64,000 nucleotides of DNA. It comes from Gemmatimonadota bacterium (lineage in GTDB: Bacteria > Gemmatimonadota > Gemmatimonadetes > Palauibacterales > KS3-K002). The notes under the pieces were generated by a model. That model saw only the letters and a list, made by a program, of their open reading frames with translations. It searched no databases and was not told where the DNA came from. Position numbers and translations under genes: made by a program. The stretch lies in contig JBDHJS010000010.1 of the NCBI GenBank assembly GCA_039586795.1, positions 20,039 through 84,038 of the forward strand, written 5' to 3'. Of this stretch, positions 19,754-29,301 are shown piece after piece (positions within the stretch are counted from its first letter, which is position 1; every line of letters begins with the position of its first letter).

Positions 19754-21297
19754 AGCAGCACCGGCATCCCCATCGCCGGCCAGATTAGCCACACAAAAAG
19801 CGCCAGCACGATGATCAGCAGCACGCTGGCGGGGATTCCGGCCTTGAAGAACTCCGCCGTCGTGAACTGATTGCTGGCGTAGGCGATGGCGTTGGGCGCG
19901 GCGCCGACGAGCAGTAGGAAGGGCATGCCCGCTGCAACCAACGACGCAAACAGAATGACCTCAGGAGCTACACCGACATAGGGAGCGATCACCAGCGCGA
20001 CCGGCACCGTAATGGCGATCGCGGCGACGTTCATGATCAGGTTGGTCATCACGAGGACAAACGTCGCGACGCCGAGCACGAAGAAGAGCCAGTGTGTGCC
20101 CTGCAACAGTCCCAGCCACTTGATTGCCATCCATTCCGCAGCTCCCGTCTGCCACAGGCAAAGGCCGATGCTCATCGCCCCTCCGAAAAGCAGGACGATA
20201 TTCCACGAGGTGTTTTCGAGATCGTCCAGCGACACGATGCGGAAGACGAAGAACAGCACGGTGGCTACGAGGATTATCGCGCTCTTATCGAGCGGCTCCA
20301 GCGCCGGGATGAATGAGCGCAAACTCAGAAGAACGATCGTGCCCGCCACGATCGCCACCGAGAGTAGCTCGTTGCGGCTAATCGGACCAAGCCTGTCGTA
20401 CAAGCGCTTCACGCGTTCCCGCAGGCCGGGAATCGTCTTCTCCTCGGGCGGATAGTAGATCATGAAGTAGATCCATATCAGGACCGTCATCACGACTCCC
20501 ACCGGCAGCATGTAGTAGCTCAGCTCGAAGAAGCTGACCGGTCGCCCCGTGATGTCACGAAAGAAACCGATCGCCACCGCGCCGCGGGCCGCCCCGAGCA
20601 ACGTGATGATGCTGCCCGCGCCAGCAACGAAGGCCATCCCCATGAACAGGCCTTTGCCAAATCGCGTCGGTTCGCTCTCGTCCGTATACAGAGCGTAGAT
20701 AGCCAGGAACAGTGGAAATACGGTGGCGGCCACGGCGGTGTGCGCCATGACGAGCGTGAGCGACGCCGTCATGATGTAGCACCCGAAATAGATCATTGCG
20801 GTTCGCTCTCCCACCAGAGAGAGCATCTTGTACGCCAGGCGGCGTGTCAGCCCCGTCTTTGTGAAGACCATCCCAAACGTCAGCGACCCGAAGATGAACC
20901 AGACCGACGGGTCCATGAAGTCGGTGAACGCATCGCGCGCCGGCCGGATCAGGAAGAGCGCTTGGACGACGCCGATGGCGATGGCGGTTACACCGATGGG
21001 TATGACCTCGGTGACCCACCAGGTCGCAGCGAGGAAGAAGAGGGCGAGCGCGGCCTTCCCTTCCCGTGTCAGGTGAAAGACCTCTCCCTGAGGGTCTACC
21101 GCGGGTCTTGGCGTGGGAGAGAAATAGACCAGGGCGAAGAGCGCAACACCGAGCAGGATGAAGGCGAGTCGCTTCCAGTCGACCTCTGTGTCTTCCTTGG
21201 TGCCCTTCGCGCGAGCAAATTCGACCGCTCCGGCTCCGGCCTTCGATCCGACGCCGGGCACGGTTGTCACTGCCTTAGACAACGCCTCATCGGCCAT
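19750..21297 (-). CDS. SLC13/DASS family anion transporter, probable sulfate importer
   Basis: WWVTEVIP, WNIVLLFGG, APNAIAY motifs; 12+ TM helices; substrate inferred from context. Confidence 0.88.
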   Translation of the reverse strand: MADEALSKAVTTVPGVGSKAGAGAVEFARAKGTKEDTEVDWKRLAFILLGVALFALVYFSPTPRPAVDPQGEVFHLTREGKAALALFFLAATWWVTEVIPIGVTAIAIGVVQALFLIRPARDAFTDFMDPSVWFIFGSLTFGMVFTKTGLTRRLAYKMLSLVGERTAMIYFGCYIMTASLTLVMAHTAVAATVFPLFLAIYALYTDESEPTRFGKGLFMGMAFVAGAGSIITLLGAARGAVAIGFFRDITGRPVSFFELSYYMLPVGVVMTVLIWIYFMIYYPPEEKTIPGLRERVKRLYDRLGPISRNELLSVAIVAGTIVLLSLRSFIPALEPLDKSAIILVATVLFFVFRIVSLDDLENTSWNIVLLFGGAMSIGLCLWQTGAAEWMAIKWLGLLQGTHWLFFVLGVATFVLVMTNLIMNVAAIAITVPVALVIAPYVGVAPEVILFASLVAAGMPFLLLVGAAPNAIAYASNQFTTAEFFKAGIPASVLLIIVLALFVWLIWPAMGMPVLL

Positions 21298-21338
21298 GTG
21301 ACTATGACCTCACAGCAACCTCCCGTAGAAGGCCGCGA

Positions 21339-21875
21339 TTATTTCAGCAGTTGGGCCAGATCGCGAAAGACATCGACCGACCTCACCACCCCAACGAGCT
21401 GACCGCCCTGGAGTACAGGGATCAAGTTCACATCGAGGGCGACCATCGCCTGGACGGCCTTCATCACGTGGTCGTCGGCATCGAGTATCGCCTCGATCGG
21501 ATTCATTACATCGCTTATCGGCCTATCTGCCTGCTCTCTAATGCCTCGCACGACACGATCGTAAGACAGCTCGGCGAGGTTTGGATCCACGTCTATGTCG
21601 AAGAGCTTCTTCTTGTATTCCAGCGGTTTGCTCAACAGGTACTTTGGCTCCAGGCCACGCATGATGTCCCGGCGCCGAACGGTTCCGACCAGCACGTTGA
21701 TCTGGTCAAACACAAGGAGTACTCGAGGCAAAGATTTGCGCGTTTCGACCTCCAGCTGCGCCTCCTCGATGACCTGGATCGCCTCTCGTAAGGTGGAGTT
21801 ATCTTGCACCGAGGGGTACTGCTCGACTGGAATCATGACCTCTTTGACTCGCCTCATTACTTCCACGATAGTCAC
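21339..21875 (-). CDS. CBS domain pair protein
   Basis: VKEVMIP...LVGTV; DVMNP...PVLQGGQLVGVV. Confidence 0.85.
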   Translation of the reverse strand: MTIVEVMRRVKEVMIPVEQYPSVQDNSTLREAIQVIEEAQLEVETRKSLPRVLLVFDQINVLVGTVRRRDIMRGLEPKYLLSKPLEYKKKLFDIDVDPNLAELSYDRVVRGIREQADRPISDVMNPIEAILDADDHVMKAVQAMVALDVNLIPVLQGGQLVGVVRSVDVFRDLAQLLK

Positions 21876-22303
21876 CAGCCCTTCTTGCGCATGATCTCTG
21901 ACATCTTGTCCTCGATTCGCTTCTCCGTGAGCGAGGATCTCTTCGTCGCGGCCTCCTCGATCTTCTCCACTAATGTCCCGATGTCCGCGGGCTTCTCAAG
22001 AAAGTCCAGCGCCCCAAGCTTCATCGCCTCGACGGCCTGACCTAACGTCGCACGACCCGTCAGCAGGATGACCTGAAGATCGGGGTTGATCTTCAGTAGC
22101 TGCTTCAGAGTCTCTATACCGTCCATCCCGGGCATTGCCATATCGAGCAGAATGGCATCGAACGGCCTTTGAGCGGCCTTCTCCAACGCGACTTCACCGT
22201 TTTCAGCGGTTTCTACAGCAAGACCTCGCGCTTCTAGCCGTTCCGCAAGGACCTCGACGAAGTCCACCTCGTCATCGACGAGGAGAACGGTGCGTTCGCT
22301 CAT
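21872..22303 (-). CDS. Single-domain response regulator
   Basis: VLLVDDE, LLDMAMPGMDG, ILLTG, LEKP. Confidence 0.92.
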   Translation of the reverse strand: MSERTVLLVDDEVDFVEVLAERLEARGLAVETAENGEVALEKAAQRPFDAILLDMAMPGMDGIETLKQLLKINPDLQVILLTGRATLGQAVEAMKLGALDFLEKPADIGTLVEKIEEAATKRSSLTEKRIEDKMSEIMRKKGW

Positions 22304-22680
22304 CCTTCATCCTCCCCGCGAGATGCAGCGGCAAGCAGGGCCTTCACCAAGTCGTCGATCTGCACCGGCTTCATGAGATAATCGTACGCTCCCAGCTCTT
22401 TGCCTTTCTCCGCATCCTCCGCCGAGCTCCAACCGGTGAGCAGGATCACTTCTAGTTCCGGTCGTTGTTCCTTGATCCGCTTGGTCAACTCCAACCCACC
22501 CAGCCCCGGCATCTTGACGTCCAGCAGCACCACGTCGCACGGATTCTCCTCCAGGTAGGCAAGCGCGGCCGCGCCGGTGGTGACGCCCTCGGCCTGGAAA
22601 CCCCGCAGGTTTAGACGCTGCTCCAAAGCACTAACGAGCTCGTCTTCGTCATCCACGATCAGAACACGCAAGGGTTCCAT
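22300..22680 (-). CDS. Single-domain response regulator
   Basis: VLIVDDE, LLDVKMPG, ILLTG, LMKP. Confidence 0.92.
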   Translation of the reverse strand: MEPLRVLIVDDEDELVSALEQRLNLRGFQAEGVTTGAAALAYLEENPCDVVLLDVKMPGLGGLELTKRIKEQRPELEVILLTGWSSAEDAEKGKELGAYDYLMKPVQIDDLVKALLAAASRGEDEG

Positions 22681-22689
22681 ATCCGGCTC

Positions 22690-24450
22690 CTAGGCGTGCG
22701 CCCGCCGCATCGGCAGCGTGACGGTGAAGCAAGTTCCCTGCCCTACCTTGCTCTTTACCGTGATTTGCCCGCCCAGCTTCTGGACGATTCCGTAAGTAAT
22801 GGAAAGACCGAGGCCTGTACCCGCGCCCTTTTTGGTGGTGAAGAACGGATCGAAGATATGTGCGATCTCATCCTCGGGGATGCCGACGCCATCATCGGTT
22901 ATACTTACTGCTACCGAGTCTTCCTCTGTCTTTTCGATCTCTATGTCGATGCGTCCACCTTCGTCGACCGCGGCGAAGGCGTTGTTCACGATATTCAAGA
23001 ATACCTGCTGCAGCTGCCCCCGATCGCTGACGACGGGAGGTGGCGGCTCCGAATGCATGAAGACCACTCGAATCTCTCGGTAGGTGGCTTCCTTTTCCAG
23101 GAACTCCAGAACTTCTCTCAGAAGCTCATCGAGGTCGATGGTCGTCCACTGCACCTCCATATGTTTGGCAAACCCCAGCAGCCTATGCGTAATGCTGCCG
23201 CAGCGCTCCGCCGACTTAAGCACGGAGTTCAGCAGTGGCATTAGCTTATCTTTCGCAGGCGTCTCCTCGGATAGCGTCAACAGATCCTTTAGTAGCCCGG
23301 CCTTCTGCGTGATGATCGACAGCGGGTTATTGATCTCATGTGCTACACCGGCACCAAGGCGTCCGATCGCCGCCATCTTGTTGGAGTATTCTATTTTGTG
23401 GTAGAGCGCCGCGCGTTTTGTATCCGCGTCGCGAACACGACTCACCGTGTAGATCGATCCCCAGATGACCACCGCCAGTATCAGCACCACACTCGCCGCG
23501 GGAAAAACCAGCAGGTCGCGACGCAAGGGCAGCCAGCCCGCGTGCAGCGCCACCCGCGGGCTCAAGACCACGAGCGTGAACGGCGAGTTCTCGATGTGGG
23601 CGTAGCTGACGATCAGCGGCTCTCCCTGCTCATCCTCCAGGTCGACAAGCTCCGCCTGCCTGCTATAGGGGAGCTGCGGCAACGGGGTGGGTTCGAGCAC
23701 CTCACCGTAGAGCCTGGATGAGCTTTGCAGGATGCCTTCGGCATTGATGATGAATGCGTCACTGAACGGCTGCACCCCCAACGAGTGGCACCGTCGACAC
23801 ACCGGATCCTGTTCCGGGCGTCGTGCCGATCGAGCTCTCACCAGCCAGTGGAATGCGTCCGTGTCGATTGTCACACGAAGCACGTATCGATGTCCCTCTG
23901 GGTCATCATGACGGATTGCGACAATGATGTGCGGGAGGTCTCTAAAGCCGCGGAAAACCTCGCTCACATAAGCTCCGCGGTCGCTGACTGCACGGAACCA
24001 GTCTTCGTTCGCGTAGTTCACCGCCGTCGGCTCACGCGGACCGGCGAAAGCCGTTTGCGTACCTTCCTCGTTGATCAGTCCGATGTCGATCACTCCGCCA
24101 AACGTCTGGTTCAGATTAGCGAGCAGCGAGCTCAGCCTTTCGGCTTCGCCCAGCTCGTCGTACGTCTCCTCCCGAGTGACCATCGCCAGGGCCGATTGGC
24201 GCTCGGAGAGATACGACTCGATCGACAGTTTTCCCGCAGCGGCGAATCGAAGCATCGGCCTGGTTAGCTCGGACCGGAACGCTTCCTGGTACTGGTTATA
24301 GGTTATCGTGGACATGATAAGGAACGGCACGATGGCTACAGAGCTGACCGAAAGCACTGCGACGAGAACCATCTTTCGGTAGCGCCGCCGAGAGATCAGA
24401 TGATCCAGATCTTCCTGGGTTCCTACTTGCTTCGCGTCGTCCAGTATCAC
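22690..24450 (-). CDS. Membrane sensor histidine kinase (Cache-like extracytoplasmic domain containing CxxCH)
   Basis: Two TM segments; AHEINNPL, QVFLNIVNNA, DDGVGI, FDPFFTTK, GTGLGL; CRRCH at residues 218-222. Confidence 0.92.
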   Translation of the reverse strand: MILDDAKQVGTQEDLDHLISRRRYRKMVLVAVLSVSSVAIVPFLIMSTITYNQYQEAFRSELTRPMLRFAAAGKLSIESYLSERQSALAMVTREETYDELGEAERLSSLLANLNQTFGGVIDIGLINEEGTQTAFAGPREPTAVNYANEDWFRAVSDRGAYVSEVFRGFRDLPHIIVAIRHDDPEGHRYVLRVTIDTDAFHWLVRARSARRPEQDPVCRRCHSLGVQPFSDAFIINAEGILQSSSRLYGEVLEPTPLPQLPYSRQAELVDLEDEQGEPLIVSYAHIENSPFTLVVLSPRVALHAGWLPLRRDLLVFPAASVVLILAVVIWGSIYTVSRVRDADTKRAALYHKIEYSNKMAAIGRLGAGVAHEINNPLSIITQKAGLLKDLLTLSEETPAKDKLMPLLNSVLKSAERCGSITHRLLGFAKHMEVQWTTIDLDELLREVLEFLEKEATYREIRVVFMHSEPPPPVVSDRGQLQQVFLNIVNNAFAAVDEGGRIDIEIEKTEEDSVAVSITDDGVGIPEDEIAHIFDPFFTTKKGAGTGLGLSITYGIVQKLGGQITVKSKVGQGTCFTVTLPMRRAHA

Positions 24451-24460
24451 CGCAGCACCT

Positions 24461-25384
24461 CTAGTCCGACTTCTTGCCGGAATGACCGGCGCTCCTTACA
24501 ACTTCCATTAGGTCATTAATGTCGACCGGCTTCCGAAGATAATCAAAGGCTCCCAAGCGTAGCGCTTCCTTTTCGTCCTGGTCGGAGCCGTGCCCAGTCA
24601 TGATGATCACTTCCATCTGTGGATAGGTTCTCTTCACCCTGCGCAGCACTTCCATCCCGTCGATGCCAGGCATGCGCAGATCGAGGACCATGACGTCGGG
24701 GACCTCTTCCTCTAGCATCAGCAGCGCCTGCTCCCCGTTCAGGGCAACTTCGCTGCCGACCTCGCGCATCTCCATCCGCTCCGCCATCGTATGAACGAAG
24801 TCTTCCTCATCATCGACAAACAGGACTTTGAGCGTATCGGCCGGCAACTCGCCGGCGCCGGTCGACGGTTCGGCCGCACCTCTATCTTTCTCTGCGGAGT
24901 CCTCTTCTAGCGCCTCCAACGCTGCATCCGGTACGCCCGCCTCCGCGAAGGCCGCCGCCGTCATACTCTTGTCGAATTCTTCCTGCGAGTCTTTTAGGAA
25001 CTCGACGGCCGCTTTCAGGCTCTTGGCCCAGGCGGAGCGGACGGTGTTCAGGAGTTGGCTGGTGTCGGCCGGCTTTTGCAGGTACTCGAACGCGCCGAGT
25101 CTACGCGCCTCCTCCTCTTCGAGATCCGACCCGTGGCCCGTTAAGATGATGACTTCAATCTGGGGATGCTTCTTCTTCACCTGTTCGAGCACCTCCATGC
25201 CATCGATGCCGGGCATCCGGAGGTCGAGGACCATCACGTCCGGTGGGTCGTCGTCCAGCATCTCCAGCGCCTCCTCGCCGCTCAGCGCCACGCGGCTGCC
25301 GACATCGCGCATCTCCATTCGCTCGGCCAGCGTCTTGACATAGGCTTCTTCGTCATCGACGAGCAGCAACTTGATCTTGCTCAT
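24461..25384 (-). CDS. Tandem double-receiver response regulator
   Basis: Two REC domains, both with DVMVLDLRMPGIDGMEVL; linker contains SMTAAAFAEAG. Confidence 0.9.
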   Translation of the reverse strand: MSKIKLLLVDDEEAYVKTLAERMEMRDVGSRVALSGEEALEMLDDDPPDVMVLDLRMPGIDGMEVLEQVKKKHPQIEVIILTGHGSDLEEEEARRLGAFEYLQKPADTSQLLNTVRSAWAKSLKAAVEFLKDSQEEFDKSMTAAAFAEAGVPDAALEALEEDSAEKDRGAAEPSTGAGELPADTLKVLFVDDEEDFVHTMAERMEMREVGSEVALNGEQALLMLEEEVPDVMVLDLRMPGIDGMEVLRRVKRTYPQMEVIIMTGHGSDQDEKEALRLGAFDYLRKPVDINDLMEVVRSAGHSGKKSD

Positions 25385-25414
25385 TACAATCCTCGTTACA
25401 GCCAGGGGTCATTC

Positions 25415-26059
25415 TTAAAGGACGACGCGGAAACCCTGCGTTGAAGCGACTGCCTCGACCGATGCGCCCAGGCTTTCGAGAACTCGTGCCAGTCGCTCCC
25501 ACGCCTTGGCTTGGGTCGGGGAGAGCTTGGTCGGCACGCCGCCCACCGCGCCGTTGAATTCGAGCGACGGTCGGTCCCCTTCTCGACCGGGATGAACGGT
25601 GACCGTGCCACCTTCCTCCAACTGCTCGAAACAGCAGTCAACCGCGGTGCACAGAGCCATCTGCAGTAATAGCGGATTGGTCACGATCGAGACGTCTTTG
25701 TCTCCAGGCTGTGCCTCTATCTCATGCCTCCCCTGTCTCGCCTTGCGCTGGCAGAGAAACGCGACTTGCTCGACCGCCTGATTGAGAGCGACTTCGTCCT
25801 CCACGTGATCCAGGCTATGTGCGAACCTGTTCAGGCAGGTGAGAAGATCCGATCCCCGCTTCACCTGCGTTCGTATGCGGTCGACAGCCCGCATCAGCTT
25901 GTCGGGGTCCGGTGAGCCAGCTTTGGCTGTCGAGGTCACGATGTCCTCGATCAAACCCGCCGATTCCTTGACGATCGCCAGTACATTGCGCAGCTCGTGC
26001 GTGGCGCTGGCGGTGATCTTGCCAATGAACGCCGCTTCGCGGTCTTCGGGCGTGCTCAT
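25415..26059 (-). CDS. Sensorless histidine-kinase-like protein with a degenerate ATPase domain (possible phosphotransferase)
   Basis: H-box ATHELRNVLA near the N-terminus; no recognisable N/G1/G2 boxes. Confidence 0.7.
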   Translation of the reverse strand: MSTPEDREAAFIGKITASATHELRNVLAIVKESAGLIEDIVTSTAKAGSPDPDKLMRAVDRIRTQVKRGSDLLTCLNRFAHSLDHVEDEVALNQAVEQVAFLCQRKARQGRHEIEAQPGDKDVSIVTNPLLLQMALCTAVDCCFEQLEEGGTVTVHPGREGDRPSLEFNGAVGGVPTKLSPTQAKAWERLARVLESLGASVEAVASTQGFRVVL

Positions 26060-26173
26060 GACTACTGTTCCGGTTGTGCGTTGTAGCGCTTATTCATTAC
26101 GCGATGCGCCTTCGTGCGGGGCTCGCAGGAGGGAACAGACCACCCCAAGATACCATCATAACAGACCATTCTT

Positions 26174-26197
26174 CAACCGTGACGAATATCACGGTTG
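26174..26197. promoter_or_regulatory. Perfect palindromic operator, Rex/CRP-like
   Basis: CAACCGTGA-cgaata-TCACGGTTG in the divergent intergenic region. Confidence 0.7.
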
Positions 26198-26201
26198 CCG
26201 C

Positions 26202-26229
26202 TTGACAGCGCTCGTTGGAGAGCTAGACT
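26202..26229 (+). promoter_or_regulatory. Sigma70-like promoter
   Basis: TTGACA-N16-TAGACT upstream of the AAGGAG RBS and GTG at 26258. Confidence 0.55.
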
Positions 26230-26257
26230 GGCACTAGACGCCCTAAAGGAGTTAATC

Positions 26258-26905
26258 GTGGCGATAATCACGATTTCCCGTGGTACGCTGAGTGGCGGAA
26301 GGGCAACCGCCGAATGCCTTTCCGACCTGCTCGAGTACCCGTGCGTCGGTCGGGAGATTCTACAGGCTGCGGCCAAGAAGTTGGGGGCCTCGGAAGAACT
26401 GCTGGCCAAGAAGATGGAAGACCCGCCTTCGCTCTGGGCTCGACTGACCAAGGAACGCAAGAACTACCTACTCGCCGTTCAAACCACCTTAGCCGAATAC
26501 TGTGAGACCGGGAGTCTGGTCTACCACGGGTTGGCCGGTCAATTCCTGCTGCGAGATCTCCCCGGTGTCTTGTCGGTCCGCCTCATCGCGCCGTTTGATA
26601 CGCGCGTGCGATCGCTGATGGGCTCACACCACGGCATGACGCAGAAGGCCGCCGAGGAGTTCATTCACAACGTGGATGAGGATAGGAAACGCTGGGTCCG
26701 ATTGATGTACGGCGCCGACGTGGGAGATCTCACGCTGTACGATCTAACCGTTAATCTAGAGTCGATCTCGCAAGAGACGGCGTGCAAGATCATCGCCGAA
26801 GCGGCGGTGCAGCCGCAGTACGAGGTAACGGCCGAAGTGAAAGCGAAGCTCGAAGCGTTCGCCGCAGCTTGCCGTACGCAGCTTCGCAGTCTGGGGGACG
26901 ACTAA
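26258..26905 (+). CDS. Cytidylate kinase-like family protein
   Basis: IITISRGTLSGG, LVYHG, VRLIAP, YDLTVN; RBS supports GTG at 26258. Confidence 0.8.
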   Translation: MAIITISRGTLSGGRATAECLSDLLEYPCVGREILQAAAKKLGASEELLAKKMEDPPSLWARLTKERKNYLLAVQTTLAEYCETGSLVYHGLAGQFLLRDLPGVLSVRLIAPFDTRVRSLMGSHHGMTQKAAEEFIHNVDEDRKRWVRLMYGADVGDLTLYDLTVNLESISQETACKIIAEAAVQPQYEVTAEVKAKLEAFAAACRTQLRSLGDD

Positions 26906-26908
26906 GCC

Positions 26909-27727
26909 GTGGCGATCATCAGCATTTGTCGGGGGACGAAGAGCGGCGGCCAGGCATTGGCAGAATGTCTGGCCGAGAAGCTGCAGTACCCCATTGTCGC
27001 CCGGGAAGTCGTCCAGGAGGCGTCCGCCGATATCGGTGTATCGGAGAAAGACTTGAGTCGCGGATTCGAGCGCAGACCGACGATGTGGAATCGGCACGCT
27101 TCTGACCGGCGACTTTACATCGCGGCCGTGCAGGCGGCGCTAGCCGAGCACGTCGTGGCGGGAGACCTGGTTTATCACGGGCGTGCGGGCCAGGTGCTTC
27201 TAAGGGGCTTGCCGGGTGTCCTCAAGGTTCGCCTGATCGCTCCGATGGGTGACCGCGTTCGCAAAGTGATGGAAAGCAGGGAGATGGATGCGGCTACCGC
27301 CGAACAGTACATACGGCATGTAGATGGAATCAGAGCGCGTTGGGTCAAGATGATGTACGGCCAGGACATCGAGGACCCGGTGCTTTACAATATGGTCATC
27401 AACCTGAAGACGATGACGGTGCCGTCGGCTTGCGCGGTAGTAAGGCGGGCAGCCGAGCAGCCGGATTTTGCGATAACGCCCGAGGTGAAGGCGAAATTGG
27501 TGGATTTCCGTCTGGCGTGTCGGGTCAAAGTCGCACTGGCAGCCGCACGCGATACGCGTTCCCTAGATCTTCAGGTTGAGGCAGACGGTGGAGTGATTGA
27601 GGTCTTCGGTAGCGTTCCCGCACTGACGTCCGGACAGATGGGCGAGCAAATCGTGGCCGCCGCACGGTCGGTGCCCGGCGTGGACGAAGTCCGCCTCAAG
27701 GTTGAGTGGTTCGACCCGTATCCCTGA
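26909..27727 (+). CDS. Cytidylate kinase-like protein with a C-terminal BON-like domain
   Basis: IISICRGTKSGG, LVYHGRAG, KVRLIAP; ends ...VEADGGVIEVFG...ARSVPGVDEV. Confidence 0.8.
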   Translation: MAIISICRGTKSGGQALAECLAEKLQYPIVAREVVQEASADIGVSEKDLSRGFERRPTMWNRHASDRRLYIAAVQAALAEHVVAGDLVYHGRAGQVLLRGLPGVLKVRLIAPMGDRVRKVMESREMDAATAEQYIRHVDGIRARWVKMMYGQDIEDPVLYNMVINLKTMTVPSACAVVRRAAEQPDFAITPEVKAKLVDFRLACRVKVALAAARDTRSLDLQVEADGGVIEVFGSVPALTSGQMGEQIVAAARSVPGVDEVRLKVEWFDPYP

Positions 27728-27765
27728 GCGGTAGACACAGCAGGGAGCGGGTCGAGGAGGAAGAA

Positions 27766-28824
27766 GTGACTAAGTCAGGACAAGGATCGCCCGCAGTAGC
27801 TCTGCCGGGCGGATGCGTAGAATCAATACGCGGGAGACGGCGCTGGCCGAGCAGGTCACGCATTCCCCCGCCCCACGCCGCCATCATCCCACTTCTTTGC
27901 CTCCTCCTGTTCCTCTACCCAACCATCTCTCAGGCGAGCGAAGTGACATCATCCATGGCGGCAAGCACGGGGCCCGCCTGGTGGGTCTGGCCGCTGGTGC
28001 TGTTCGTACTGACGTTCGTGATGGGGATACTGGCAGCGCTTGGCGGCGTTGGTGGAGGGGTACTCTTCGTTCCTATAGTGAGCGGTTTCTTTCCATTCCA
28101 CCTGGACTTCGTTCGCGGCTGCGGCTTGCTGGTCGCACTGGCCGGCGCGTTGGCCGCCGGACCCGGCTTCCTCAAGATGAACCTCGCCAGTCTGCGGTTG
28201 GCGATGCCGGTGGCACTGATCGCTTCGACCTGCGCCATCGTCGGGGCGATGGTCGGACTGGCCCTCCCCACGGACATCGTTCAGACAGCGTTGGGGGCGA
28301 CGATTCTGGGCATCGTGGTGCTGATGATCTTGGCGAAGAAGTCGGTTTTCCCGGAGGTCGAGCAAGCTGACAACCTGTCGACCAGTCTGAGGATCTGCGG
28401 GGTTTACTCCGAGGCCAGCATGGGCCAGACGATCAACTGGAAGGTCCACCGCACAGTGCCCGGACTGCTACTGTTCATCGTTATCGGCGTCATGGCTGGG
28501 ATGTTCGGACTCGGCGCGGGCTGGGCCAACGTCCCGGTCCTCAATCTCGTGATGGGCGCGCCGCTGAAGGTCAGCGTGGCAACCAGCAAGTTCCTGCTTT
28601 CTATCACGGACACTTCTGCAGCGTGGATCTACGTCAACAAGGGCGCGGTCATCCCAATGATGGTGGTGCCATCGCTCGTCGGTATCATGCTGGGCTCGTT
28701 CATCGGCGTGCGAATCCTGCGCGTCGCGCGGCCGACATTTGTTCGGTGGATGGTAATTGGCTTGCTCTTGTTCGCCGGCGCGAAGGCGATCACCAAGGGG
28801 TTGGGGCTCCCATTCCTGTTCTAG
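27766..28824 (+). CDS. TauE/SafE (TSUP) sulfite exporter family protein
   Basis: GVGGGVLFVP and GMFGLGAGWANVP repeats; start uncertain (GAGGAGG RBS before GTG at 27766). Confidence 0.85.
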   Translation: MTKSGQGSPAVALPGGCVESIRGRRRWPSRSRIPPPHAAIIPLLCLLLFLYPTISQASEVTSSMAASTGPAWWVWPLVLFVLTFVMGILAALGGVGGGVLFVPIVSGFFPFHLDFVRGCGLLVALAGALAAGPGFLKMNLASLRLAMPVALIASTCAIVGAMVGLALPTDIVQTALGATILGIVVLMILAKKSVFPEVEQADNLSTSLRICGVYSEASMGQTINWKVHRTVPGLLLFIVIGVMAGMFGLGAGWANVPVLNLVMGAPLKVSVATSKFLLSITDTSAAWIYVNKGAVIPMMVVPSLVGIMLGSFIGVRILRVARPTFVRWMVIGLLLFAGAKAITKGLGLPFLF

Positions 28825-28842
28825 ACGACGGGCCAAAGAACC

Positions 28843-29295
28843 ATGGATACGAATAGCGAATTCGAGTGCCCGGGCGCTGACGAAGAACAGCTGCTCTACG
28901 CCAAGATCCTTCAGGCTGGCATGTACATCGGGCTGACTTTGCTCCTCGTGACTTTTGCCCTGTACAGTTCCGGCATCGTCGCTCCGGCCGTGCCGGTGGA
29001 ACAGCTGCCCGAGTACTGGACGCTGAACGTCCATGACTACCTGGAAGCCACGAACCACGATCATCTGCACAGGGAGCATGCCGTCTCGGGATGGGGCTGG
29101 CTCTCGGTTCTGGGCAAAGGCGACTATCTCAACTTTCTGGGGATCGCACTACTTTCAGGCGTGACTATCGTGTGCTACCTGGGGATCATCCCCACGCTAA
29201 TCAGGAAGAAGGACAAGCCGTACATCATCATGGCTGTGCTGGAAGTCATCATTCTGACACTCGCGGCGAGTGGGATTCTCGCCGTCGGCCACTAA
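28843..29295 (+). CDS. DUF1634-like membrane protein (usual TSUP partner)
   Basis: EQLLYA..L..G, GWGW, GDYLNFLGIALL; follows the TSUP gene. Confidence 0.7.
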   Translation: MDTNSEFECPGADEEQLLYAKILQAGMYIGLTLLLVTFALYSSGIVAPAVPVEQLPEYWTLNVHDYLEATNHDHLHREHAVSGWGWLSVLGKGDYLNFLGIALLSGVTIVCYLGIIPTLIRKKDKPYIIMAVLEVIILTLAASGILAVGH

Positions 29296-29301
29296 GCTGC
29301 G

